Shown one piece after another: positions 36,269-46,600 of a stretch of 64,000 nt of DNA. Origin of the DNA: Savitreella phatthalungensis (taxonomy: Eukaryota); NCBI GenBank assembly GCA_051599415.1, contig AP039705.1, forward strand, positions 1 to 64,000, in the 5' to 3' direction. The notes under the pieces were generated by a model. The model was not told where the DNA came from, searched no databases, and worked only from the letters and a program-made list of their open reading frames with translations. The position numbers and the translations under genes were made by a program. Each line of letters opens with the position of its first letter. Position 1 is the first letter of the stretch.

Positions 36269-36853
36269 CTACAAGCGAAGAGCATCCGCTAAGGCCAGAA
36301 CTGTGTCTGCGCGCTCTGCGAGCGTGTTGCTGATCTGGAGGACCTTCTTCTTGACGTCCATCCCGGGTGAAGTGATATGTGTATGCGCGAACTCCTTCCG
36401 GAAGAGAGGTGCTGCCACGAGCTCGTTGTACTGTGCCAGGCGGCGTGTCGTGGTAGACAGATGAGCCATACACGTCGTTAGGTCCAACGACGACCTGCGC
36501 GGCGGACTAGCAGGTGCTTGCGTGCGAAGCAACTCATAGTGCGCAGACAGCCGTGCATGCGCATCTATGAGTGTTCTAAGTGGACCTCCATCGTATCGCG
36601 TCGCCTCGTAGCGAAGACCTTGCCTCTCAAGAGCGACTATATAGCCTCGAACCTGGCTGACGAGCTGTTGTATCCTCAAGATGATATCTGTCAAAGACTC
36701 TGCTGGAAGATGCTCGATTGAACGAGTGTTCGCGGAAGCTAAAGCTGTGACGTCTTGTCCGACATCCTTGACTTCGGCAATTTGAGCGACGGTCGATACC
36801 GTGGATCTGCCAGGGAATGCTCCTTTGAGCGACCTCGCGCGTAGAGCTTTCAT
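36269..36853 (-). CDS. Hypothetical helical protein, 194 aa
   Basis: ATG-initiated ORF filling the gap between the ABC and TEL1 genes; no family recognised. Confidence 0.5.
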   Translation of the reverse strand: MKALRARSLKGAFPGRSTVSTVAQIAEVKDVGQDVTALASANTRSIEHLPAESLTDIILRIQQLVSQVRGYIVALERQGLRYEATRYDGGPLRTLIDAHARLSAHYELLRTQAPASPPRRSSLDLTTCMAHLSTTTRRLAQYNELVAAPLFRKEFAHTHITSPGMDVKKKVLQISNTLAERADTVLALADALRL

Positions 36854-37011
36854 GGTGACTGACTCAGAAGACCAACTACGTCATAAAAATCATGCATCAT
36901 ATCATTTCTCATACGTACTCGAGATCAATCATCGATGTTGAAGATATATCGTGTGGATGTCAATGCTCACCTGCAGTTTTACATTCTGCAGGCCACATCT
37001 TCCGAGTCGTG

Positions 37012-40000
37012 TCAGTAGAAGGCAGACCAGCCGCTGTAGTGTTGTGAGAGAAGCGCAGGATCGATCGCCTGTTGGATCAGGTCGCTCACTTGTGCCGCGA
37101 CTGATAGTGAAGAGGTCAGCTTACCTTGAACGACCTTGACGGCGCGTTCTGCTTCTCCCGAACCGGCAAAGGTGCGAGATACATCCGTCTGGGCGGAACG
37201 AGTAGCTCTGGGCGATTGTGTACGTTTTGCCAGCTGCTCGTCTGAGATGACCCAGTTGTAGAGTGGATCAGCCTTCAGAACGGCCAGAACGTCGAGTACC
37301 GTAGAGCTATTTTCACGCAAAACGCCTAGAGTGAGCTCAGCACACGTCCTGAAGACTCCTTCCACACCGAGTTGTCCCATGCCATCGACCCAATCTCGGG
37401 TCAATCGGAAGGGTACGAGCTCAGGCACGGCGAGAAGCCTGCCAGCCTCAAACGCAATGCCGAAATCGATGTGCACGACACCTCCAGAGGTCGTGTCGAT
37501 TAAAATGTTGCCGAGATGCCGGTCACCAATGCCCAAGACCCATCCGACGATCGATGCTACTGCATTGCTCCGAGTAAATCGCCTCTGACGATCGAACCAG
37601 ACCTCAGGAGCTTCCTCCCAATTGGCAAAACGCATCGCTGGGCTGATTTCCTGACAGACCTCGTCATACAGCTTTCTCCGCTGTGCTGCACTGCCGTCTT
37701 TGGCTAAATGCATCTTTTGCCTTGCTTCTTCCATGGTAAGGGTGTCGTTTCGGAAGCGCTTGTGCAAACGTGTGACGACATTCTGTACTGGCGTCGTAGC
37801 TAGGAGGAATTCGAGGACGCCGACCTTCTCGGTTAGTGGCACTACGCCATAGCGACGGACCCCGAGGTTGCGCCGTCGAGACTGCCGATCGCGCAACAGC
37901 AGAGCATGCACCTCGCCGAACACCTGTTCCATGACCATGTCCTGTCGAAGATCGTCTGTCTTTGAGTATTTGAGGAGTTCCTTCACGAGCCGACCATCGG
38001 ACAGGCGGATGGAGATGATCTTTGGCCGCGAAAGGCCACCAGCGATGTTCAATTCGGGAAGAAACTCGACGATATAGCTCCCGCCAGATGCGACACTCGG
38101 CGGCGCCACCTTGGCTCGAGGGATGTCGATGTCGAACGTCCGATGACCGGGAAAGCTCTTCAGCATCAGCTTGCCATTTCCATCGCGCTTGCCGAGATTG
38201 TACGCGGCAAGGCTGCAGTATGCGCCGCACACCACAGCCACGGCCCCAACAAGACCCTTGATGGGCGACGCTGCGAGTCTTCTGTTGATGCGAGCTGCCG
38301 CCTTTTGCCGTTCCTTTGCTGTGATATCCGTGCCACGCATTGTGTGCTCCATAGCGTACATGGTGTAGATGGTTGCGTGGGGATGTTCGAGGCAGATTCG
38401 TTCTACAAGTGCTGTGAGCGTACGTCCGAAGAGATCCTCAGCCAGAGACAACCTGGCCGTCAATTGATTGAATAGCCCGACGAAACGATGAGAGGGAACT
38501 GTTGCAACCTCGGCGGCGAAGGCCTTGTCAGCTGCTGGGTCAATCTGTTCGAGCCACAAGGCGACGCAGCGCAGCATACGATCAGGTGAGTCACCCCCTA
38601 AGGCAGCGCCTCGCAGGTAGTGAGTCAAGGCCTGGGAAAGGTAGACGCGGTTTGCCTCAAGCAATCTTTTGACTTCTGCATCCTCTCGTTCGAAGATCGT
38701 CTTCGCCTTGAGCCGCTTCGCCAATAAATGTTGAACGCGCGCATCCTTGGGGAGACCATGAATCGTCGCGTCGATCTCGGCAATCTCTGCCTGCTTTGCC
38801 GCGCGCAGCCCATCGAGGCGCTGGAACTCGTCCGATTTCAGACACGCCTGGTGTTGTTCGAAGCAGAAGTCGGCGAATCGACGGTGCAGAGCCACGTCCG
38901 ATAGCTGGTCCACTACTGGTAGCAAGATCTCTTGCAGTAATCGCTCCGGCCTGGCGACACGAGCATCGTGCTTCATGAGACCCGCTTCGACCGTTGCGCA
39001 GATCCGCTGCCTAGAATCGACGCATGCGATCCATTCAGGATCTCGAAGAACGCTGTCTAAGAGAGAGATAGCCTCTTGCGGTTTGCCAAGAGCCCGCAGA
39101 ATTTGGACGTCGGCCATACGGACGAGTGGCGCCGGAGTTTTGCGAACGTATGACTGTCTGAGTTGGATCAGCCTACTGGCACTGGAGAAGCGCGATCTCA
39201 TCTCAAATGCCCCACCTTTCGAAACTCGGACGAGCCGCATCAGGTCTGCCTCGTCGAGATCATCGCGCTCGACTGTGCCCGTACCGAGCAATCGAGTGAC
39301 CGTCGCACACTGTCCGACGGACGGAGAGCCTCTTTGCCATATTTGCCATGGCAGTTCCACCTTGCTGTCGGGACGTGCGATTGCGCGCCAGACGTCTTGC
39401 TCGAAGGAGTCTGTAGTCGAGGAAGGCAAGAGCTGGTGATCGTTCCAGTCGACCTCATAAGCTGCAGGTGAAGGGTCTAAGGGGACAAGCGAGAGTAGTG
39501 ACTCCTGTACTAGAGCCTTCGCTACTCGCCACGCCTCTGCCTCGCTCGAAAGGGCGATCACATCACTTGCAACTGCCGCGTCGACGACTGTGCTGATTGA
39601 GACTTCGCGTTGCACACCTGCGTAATAATCTTGATCTTCGAGTGCGCGTGTCACTCGCGGAAGAGACGGGCTGGTCCCAGTACCTATCGCCCAGCGCCAG
39701 TGTAGGAGAAAGAAGGCGAACTCAGCTTTGCTATGTAGTAGAGCTAGCTCGGCTAGCTGCTCCAAGTCCACTGGTAGCCAGAACGAGGTCGCACCCCGGG
39801 TGAGCTGGAGCATTTTCCGAAGCACGTCAAGCTCTGTCGAGGACATCGAGGACACGTCTTGGAGCTCTTCGGCCAGCACTTGGTGCACGGTAGCCTCGGA
39901 CATATGCTCTTTCACGAGTGCCGGGAAACAGGCCAAGGCGATGTCTGACTTTGCCCGCAACAGCCGGCGCAGCTCTTCTTCTTCACACAGGCTGACTGAG

Positions 40001-43000
40001 AGCTTGCAAAATGCCTGGTGAAGACGTTGGTGTTCTGTGCGGACGACTTGCTGCGTTACACAATCCGGCTGCTGTGGGACTCCACGGAGATCGTCTGCGA
40101 GTGAGAGCACCCTGATAGCCTCGAGCGCTGTAGTCGAATCACCTGACCACGCATACGACTGCGTCAAGACCTGCACCAGCTTCGTGTCCCATGTATCAGC
40201 CCTTACAGCAGCGTCCGGACCCGGGGATCTGGCGCGAATCTGACACGCAAGCGCAGCGTTCCGCTTTGTTATGGCCGTCGGATCCTTAACCAAGTGCGCG
40301 AGGCGCTCAAGGATGGCTGCATCGAAGATTACAGACGGGTGCGTGATTGCGAGAAAATCGAGTGCTTCCGAGTCAAACAACCGTTGCAAAGATGCGGTTG
40401 TAGCGCCAAAGGTACCAAATCCGCGAGGCTCAGGGTCGCAAAGGCGTTGCAAGGCAGCAACATGCGCGTCGATATGATCACACGGTCCGATCAACGGCCC
40501 AATGTCCGGCCGCAATGTAGCTCGGATAAAGGCACCTCGCAGGCTTGGCCGAAAGGCGGGAACTCTCGTAAGCTTCAGTAACAGCGATCCGCTGCCAGGG
40601 CCCGCATGTCTCGCAGCGAGCAACAGACTCGACCAGCCTAGCGACTCCAACGGAGCAAGCGACCAGAGGACAGCGGCTTTCGTTCGCGCTTGTCGAGGCT
40701 CATTCCGTACAATGATCGATTGCAAGCAATACGCGAGCACTCTGGTGTCCATGACTGGATTGATGGACAGGGCAAGGCGTCTGCATTCGGTGATGCCAAT
40801 CTCCAGCGAGGTAGCCGACCGAGCTTCATCACGAACTGTTTCCGCCTGCGCGATGCCGTCCAGGCTCCATTCGAGAGACTCGTTGGCTACCAGAGCTGCC
40901 ATAATTGCGGCGGTCGCGTGGCATCTGCCAACCAAATCTGCCCTCAGTTCTTCTCCATGAATGATCAGTCTCCTGGCGAGATCAAGCTCTCTTTCGACGT
41001 GTGGGGAGATTGTTTTCGGGAAGTCTCGTATGGGCTTGTCCCGGCTGAAGCGGTGAATGACCAGGAAGTCGATCTCTCCTTCTGGTGGCACTCCGAGAAG
41101 ACACAGTTCTGCAGTAGCAGCAGTCTTCGCAAGCGGTGTCGTTCTCCGCAAACGGTTGAGCGCTTCAACCCTTGCACGCTGGAGGATATCGTCAGCTGGC
41201 AATTTGCGCAGCTGCGAGATCAGGTCCTCCATGATGCTTCGACCTCCCGAAATATCGAAAGACTCGATTTTCCCGAGAATAGCGTCAACGGCAGCCAGTA
41301 GCACGGCGACGCTGCGCTCTGCGCCCACACGTGTCATCAGCATAGTCATGGCTGAAGCAGAGCCGCATAGCTTTCCGTCAGGCACGCCGCTAAGCAAACG
41401 GACGAGGGCAAGCTTGGCTTTGTCTGTCGCTCGATTTGCGTCAAAGCAGAGCTGGGCTGTCCAATCAAAGACTTTGCGCGTGTTGTTGGCGGTGGTGACG
41501 TCTAGTTCCATGGCGAGAGAACGCCTGAGGAGCTCAATAGCCATCAGGTGTGTATGTTCGTTGCGCTCGAGCATATAGGCTGGAAGAACTTCCTGAGTAA
41601 GCTGTGCCAAGACCGTTCGATATGGTGCGAAACGCACCCAGTGCATCGCACATGGCGAATTCGTCCATCCTTCTGGGAGGGCTCGCGCGGTGGTTGGGAG
41701 AAGAAGCGAAAGATCATTGAGAATGTCTCTGTAAAGCTTGCCATCGTCACCGTCCTCGTGACCTTGGCTGCGAGCCTCGAGGAAGCTTTGCAGCGCGACC
41801 ACGATCGGTTCGCAGATGTCGACTTGAGGCAGAGCAGACACGAATGAGGCAATTGTGGCTAAATCATCAGCTTCGACGCTTCCTAGCGCCTGTGCAATAT
41901 CAGAAGCATCCGCTGTGGCGTGCTTCTCGATCAGGAGTTCCATCCCGCTTTTTGATTGTAGCGGAACAGGTCGAAGCGGTGGTAAGCTGTCAATCTCAAG
42001 ATGCTCGCCAAGGACCATGCGTTTGCATTCGCCGCGCACTGCACGGGCCAGAGCTGGCAGGGTGGCTAGCGCCGAAGAAAGTCGAACACGCAGGCGGGTC
42101 GCATTGACGCGAGCGCACAGCTTCATATCTCTGATGGTCCGCAATTCGAGATGCAGACGCGTCAGCACCGCAAGTTCCGGCGTGGTCAAGTCCAACAGAC
42201 GAGCTTTAAGTCGCTTCGCCAACTCCGTCCAATGTTGCATGACGTCGTCTATCGATAACGCGCCACGGTCAATTTGCGCGAGCACATAGAAGCAAGCGGC
42301 TGCGGAACGGTCTCTGTCAGGTTCGAAGAGCTCTAGAGAGACGTCCCCGGCCCCCGCACTGGGGGAACCATTAGCTTGGGCCACGAGTGACCAAGGAGGG
42401 AAAGTATCGGTAATGGGCAATCCCGCAGCAGCAGTGACAGCATCATTTTTCGGCGATCGGATCAAGGATGCGGCGATCCTGAGTCTGTCCACGTCGCCCG
42501 TCGACTGATCGAACAGTCTCCAGCAGACATACTCGTGCGCCGACGGTTGGAAGTCAGACAGATAAGTCATTAGCTCTGCAGCCTCTACCGAGTTGAGCTT
42601 TCTGAGGGCATCGAGCTGTACTAGCAATAACGGGAGCACGCTGGCGCGTGGCATTCTTTGCCTGTATGTAGAGAGCACGAGCTGTACGGATGTTTCTGCA
42701 GCCAGCTTCGATGCATCTGCGTCTGTCGTGCTCGCGTACATGGCGAGCTTGCTCAACAGCTTAGCAACCGTATTCTGCAGTGCCACATCATTATCATAGT
42801 GCTCAACGAGTCTGCGACATAGCAACACAAGACGCTGCAGAAACGTTGCCGTCCCTTTCAGAGGAGAGCTTAGCAATCCAGGTCCAGTCCATCCTACAAG
42901 AACGCATAGCAGTTCGAGTGACTGGCCAACCTCAGTACGAAGTCTGACATTGCCTGTTGTCAATGCCTCAACCGCTGAGATGCACAACGTTACGACAGAT

Positions 43001-43434
43001 GCCCATAGCTTCTGTTCAAGGTGTTGAAGGTGCGCATCGATTGTTAGCAGTAGTGTTGCAGCACGCAAGTATGCGGATGATGCTGGAGCAAGCAAAATGG
43101 ATGTCCTGACCGGCAGAACATCAACCAGGTGGGTGAGGAAGCGCCGGATGAGAGCTCCTCTAGAAGTGTCTAAGCACTTCTGCAGTAGAGAATGAACGAG
43201 CTGAGAGCACTGACTCAGACGGACTCCCGCAGTCGTCTGCTGAGCGGCTTTCCCATTGCAAAGCAGGTGCTTATCACGAGATACCTGTAGATAGAGTCCA
43301 TCAAGGATTGTAGAAGCTGTCCGATCATCAATGCGCGAGGAGTCCCCTACATGATTCCTGAGCGCTTGGATGGCGTCGAATCGAGAGGATGTCGAAGCGA
43401 GATCACTGAGCAATGTGGCCAGGAGCGCTTCCAT
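37012..43434 (-). CDS. TEL1: Tel1/ATM PIKK-family protein kinase
   Basis: GGLSRPKII, DDLRQDMVMEQVF, LGIGDRHLGNILID..VVHIDFGIAFE, VPELVPFRLTRD, FATC end YSGWSAFY; TAN-like N-terminus. Confidence 0.93.
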   Translation of the reverse strand: MEALLATLLSDLASTSSRFDAIQALRNHVGDSSRIDDRTASTILDGLYLQVSRDKHLLCNGKAAQQTTAGVRLSQCSQLVHSLLQKCLDTSRGALIRRFLTHLVDVLPVRTSILLAPASSAYLRAATLLLTIDAHLQHLEQKLWASVVTLCISAVEALTTGNVRLRTEVGQSLELLCVLVGWTGPGLLSSPLKGTATFLQRLVLLCRRLVEHYDNDVALQNTVAKLLSKLAMYASTTDADASKLAAETSVQLVLSTYRQRMPRASVLPLLLVQLDALRKLNSVEAAELMTYLSDFQPSAHEYVCWRLFDQSTGDVDRLRIAASLIRSPKNDAVTAAAGLPITDTFPPWSLVAQANGSPSAGAGDVSLELFEPDRDRSAAACFYVLAQIDRGALSIDDVMQHWTELAKRLKARLLDLTTPELAVLTRLHLELRTIRDMKLCARVNATRLRVRLSSALATLPALARAVRGECKRMVLGEHLEIDSLPPLRPVPLQSKSGMELLIEKHATADASDIAQALGSVEADDLATIASFVSALPQVDICEPIVVALQSFLEARSQGHEDGDDGKLYRDILNDLSLLLPTTARALPEGWTNSPCAMHWVRFAPYRTVLAQLTQEVLPAYMLERNEHTHLMAIELLRRSLAMELDVTTANNTRKVFDWTAQLCFDANRATDKAKLALVRLLSGVPDGKLCGSASAMTMLMTRVGAERSVAVLLAAVDAILGKIESFDISGGRSIMEDLISQLRKLPADDILQRARVEALNRLRRTTPLAKTAATAELCLLGVPPEGEIDFLVIHRFSRDKPIRDFPKTISPHVERELDLARRLIIHGEELRADLVGRCHATAAIMAALVANESLEWSLDGIAQAETVRDEARSATSLEIGITECRRLALSINPVMDTRVLAYCLQSIIVRNEPRQARTKAAVLWSLAPLESLGWSSLLLAARHAGPGSGSLLLKLTRVPAFRPSLRGAFIRATLRPDIGPLIGPCDHIDAHVAALQRLCDPEPRGFGTFGATTASLQRLFDSEALDFLAITHPSVIFDAAILERLAHLVKDPTAITKRNAALACQIRARSPGPDAAVRADTWDTKLVQVLTQSYAWSGDSTTALEAIRVLSLADDLRGVPQQPDCVTQQVVRTEHQRLHQAFCKLSVSLCEEEELRRLLRAKSDIALACFPALVKEHMSEATVHQVLAEELQDVSSMSSTELDVLRKMLQLTRGATSFWLPVDLEQLAELALLHSKAEFAFFLLHWRWAIGTGTSPSLPRVTRALEDQDYYAGVQREVSISTVVDAAVASDVIALSSEAEAWRVAKALVQESLLSLVPLDPSPAAYEVDWNDHQLLPSSTTDSFEQDVWRAIARPDSKVELPWQIWQRGSPSVGQCATVTRLLGTGTVERDDLDEADLMRLVRVSKGGAFEMRSRFSSASRLIQLRQSYVRKTPAPLVRMADVQILRALGKPQEAISLLDSVLRDPEWIACVDSRQRICATVEAGLMKHDARVARPERLLQEILLPVVDQLSDVALHRRFADFCFEQHQACLKSDEFQRLDGLRAAKQAEIAEIDATIHGLPKDARVQHLLAKRLKAKTIFEREDAEVKRLLEANRVYLSQALTHYLRGAALGGDSPDRMLRCVALWLEQIDPAADKAFAAEVATVPSHRFVGLFNQLTARLSLAEDLFGRTLTALVERICLEHPHATIYTMYAMEHTMRGTDITAKERQKAAARINRRLAASPIKGLVGAVAVVCGAYCSLAAYNLGKRDGNGKLMLKSFPGHRTFDIDIPRAKVAPPSVASGGSYIVEFLPELNIAGGLSRPKIISIRLSDGRLVKELLKYSKTDDLRQDMVMEQVFGEVHALLLRDRQSRRRNLGVRRYGVVPLTEKVGVLEFLLATTPVQNVVTRLHKRFRNDTLTMEEARQKMHLAKDGSAAQRRKLYDEVCQEISPAMRFANWEEAPEVWFDRQRRFTRSNAVASIVGWVLGIGDRHLGNILIDTTSGGVVHIDFGIAFEAGRLLAVPELVPFRLTRDWVDGMGQLGVEGVFRTCAELTLGVLRENSSTVLDVLAVLKADPLYNWVISDEQLAKRTQSPRATRSAQTDVSRTFAGSGEAERAVKVVQGKLTSSLSVAAQVSDLIQQAIDPALLSQHYSGWSAFY

Positions 43435-43658
43435 GCCATTGCTGAAGAGCACACGACTGACTGACTGTGATGACTATGCCTTTTCCTCATCATTGAAGGA
43501 CCGTGCATCTCTTTGAGTTCTGATTGATCTTCGTACTTCGTGTATACGCTCATTCGAAAACACACGTACATATGCACCTCGACTCGTTGATGGATGCACT
43601 CCAAGAAGATCCTCATTATTTGTGAACAACAAGACTAGCGCGACGCGACGAGACGAGC

Positions 43659-46600
43659 ATGCCGGAGCTCGACCTCTTGCTAGGTCTGCGTGGGCATGCA
43701 GGAGATCAGGAGGTACTCCTGGCTCACGCTGAGCATGTCCGGTCTGTCTGGGCTCGGACATCCAGGTCGCAAGCGTCCAGAAAAGCAGTACAGTCAGGGA
43801 AACTGTCACTGAATGGCTTAGAGAGCTCCCTCAACAAGGAGTTCATCGATGGAGCATTGCTTCTGAGCGATGACCTCGACATCGACGAGATACAGGCTTC
43901 TGAGTTACTGGCTGATGGAGCAGACAGCGCAGTCACATATGATAGGGATGCATTAGCGGCCGCGAGATACATCTATGAGACTTCTCGCCTGGTCGTCTTT
44001 GATCTCTTATGCGGATGCATCGCTGCACGGATAGATATCCAGAAGCTCCTAGGCGGTGATTACGTCCAAATTGCGAAGGACGCTGTCGTGCAAATGGAAT
44101 ACGTTCGCGGCAGACTAGCAAAGGGTGAGGAAGCCGAGAAGAGACAGCTTCTGATAGGTGGTCAGGGAGACGCTACAGATTCAGGCGCTCTGCTCGAGCA
44201 GCACGAGCTTCTTTCGCTGTTACTCTGTGAGCTTGTCCGCATTCATCCTATTCATGAGGTGCTAGGGGAATTGGTCGACTATCTAACTGGACAAGAGCAG
44301 GTCTCTCTGATTGTTGCACACGCTGCGGCAGTCTTTACAGCAGCTATACAGGCGCCTTCATCAGACGTGCATGCGACGAGCTCCTTGTTCCGTCGTTGGC
44401 ATAAAATTGTGATCGGCACTTGGAGTAACAGTGGTCTGAAGGCCATGTTCGGGTTGACGCTCGCGGCGGAGCTCAATGGTCTGTGCAGACAGCATGAGCA
44501 GATGTCGTCCGATTTCGACTATGATGGAGACGTCCTCGCGGTGGCTCGCAGAGCAGTCAAGGAACACGCATTCGAGTCTCTCCTGACACTCGAGATGTTC
44601 TGCGCAGATAAAGTCGAGACAGATCATCCGTTCTGGTCATTCTTGCGGACTAGCGCGCTCGTCGGCTATGTGCCGAGTCCGAGATACTCTCCGAGTGTGC
44701 GCTTCCTCGACGAACTCCGAGCGTCTCACAGAACTCTGACACACAGCTGCATCGCGAATCTTGCGGATGTCCTGCGCGAAGTCCAACTGGAGGAAGAAGA
44801 CGCAAATTTAGCGGCAGAAGAGGAAGGTCGTACAGAGGTGACTCATTTCACCGAACTCTTTCTCGGAGTCATTGCAGCCTCCTGGCCATCCGAGGCAGTT
44901 GCATTTTGGACGGAGCGTGACTCTGACCTGCACGGCTTCCTGATCTGGGGATCATACTGGCAGTCGTCTTCTCTGACTTATGCGTACTACAGCATGCTCT
45001 CCTCGCTAGTCTCGTCTGAAGAATGCGCGAGGCTGGCAGCTGCCTTCCTCGATAGCGAGTCACCCGCAGAGGATAAATTACCACGGCCTTCGCCGTCGGT
45101 TTCATGGCAATTCATCTTTGACGCTTTGAGGTACTATGCGAGGCATCTCACCGCTGTAGCAGAGCCACCAGAGCTCGACACGCCCACAGTCTTGGTCCTC
45201 GTCGGCTATCTCTCGCTTATGGGATCTGTTGTACGGCAGCTGCCACCTAGCTCAATCGCACAGCTACAGTCACAATTCGACGCAGCAGGGTCGATCGTTC
45301 AGCTCATGTCATGTCGCGTGCCTTCGGAGCTTCACGCCTCTCTACTAGGCGCGCTGTCCGCGTTCGTCGCCACGCCAGAATTCCAGGCGCGCACTTTCAC
45401 ACTGCTCGATACATGGTTGACCACGCTTGAACGATTCTATGCTGCCAGGACTTCGAGGAGTGAGCTGATGCGCTTGTTTTGCAATGGTCGACCAGACCTG
45501 AGCAAGGTGCTCGTCGACCTTTCGAGCGAGTTGTTCCGCGCGCGTGCAGGACCATTCGCACTCTCTCAGCCTGTTGGCATGTCAACTGCACAACTGGCTG
45601 AATACGCGCACTTTGTGTTGCTCTGTCTAGATGGGTGCCTCACGGGTGAGGCTGACCTCCAGCGGATTGCGCTGTTGCATTCGTGCCTGCAATTCATTGC
45701 AGCATCGCTTTCCACACTACGAACTTCTGTGCTGGGTGACGTGGCAGGGATTGCTGACGTTGGGGAGAGGCGAGCTCTTTCCGCATTTCTGCTCGATTAC
45801 TACCGGCTAAACACGGCTGTGCCCCTGCTGACCGCGTTAGTGAGCGATAAGCGGAGGATGATCCAACTGACGTCACTCCTCGCAGACGAAGCCGATGACT
45901 CGACACTCTCACGCCGACTGGAGCCATGCAAGGGCCTGCTGCTGACGATCATCGACTATGTCAGCCTGAGTGTACCACTCGTGGACGAATTCCTGGATGC
46001 AGGCGGGCTCGACGTCAGTGTGCTTAGCTCGGCTGACGTGGTAGTGCGCGTGGCGAAGCTAGCAGCGACTGCCTCACACGAGTTAGCAAGACCAGCATTG
46101 TCGATTTTGCAGCGCTTAAATACCCCCTATTTACTGACCAGCCTGTCGACGGCGGACGAGTCAAAGGCAATCCTACATGGCATGATCCACCGCCTCCGGG
46201 ACGACGAGCAGCTTCGGCCAAAAGTCTTGTCGATCCTGCTTGATGGGTTGGCTACGCGTGAGCTCACGCTGGCACATTTCCTCCTCGGATTCAGCATCCG
46301 TCACGGCGCTCTCGAACTTGGCGACGAGTCTGGACAGATCGGCTCTGGAGTGTCTGTGCTTGGGCTGTTGATCGAGGCAACAGCGTCCGATGATGAGTCA
46401 TTCGCAGCATCGTCCATGCAGGTGCTGGCGAAGCTCGTCTCAAACCCAATATCCGCCGACTTGACGCTTGAACTCTTGAGATCTGTCGATTTCGTGCTCG
46501 ATCGTCTGAAGAACGTCGACGCGCTGAGTTACAAATACCTCGCTGCACTATCCGTACTTGCTGCTCGGGAGATCCTGGACGCGAGGTCGAAAGGAATGGC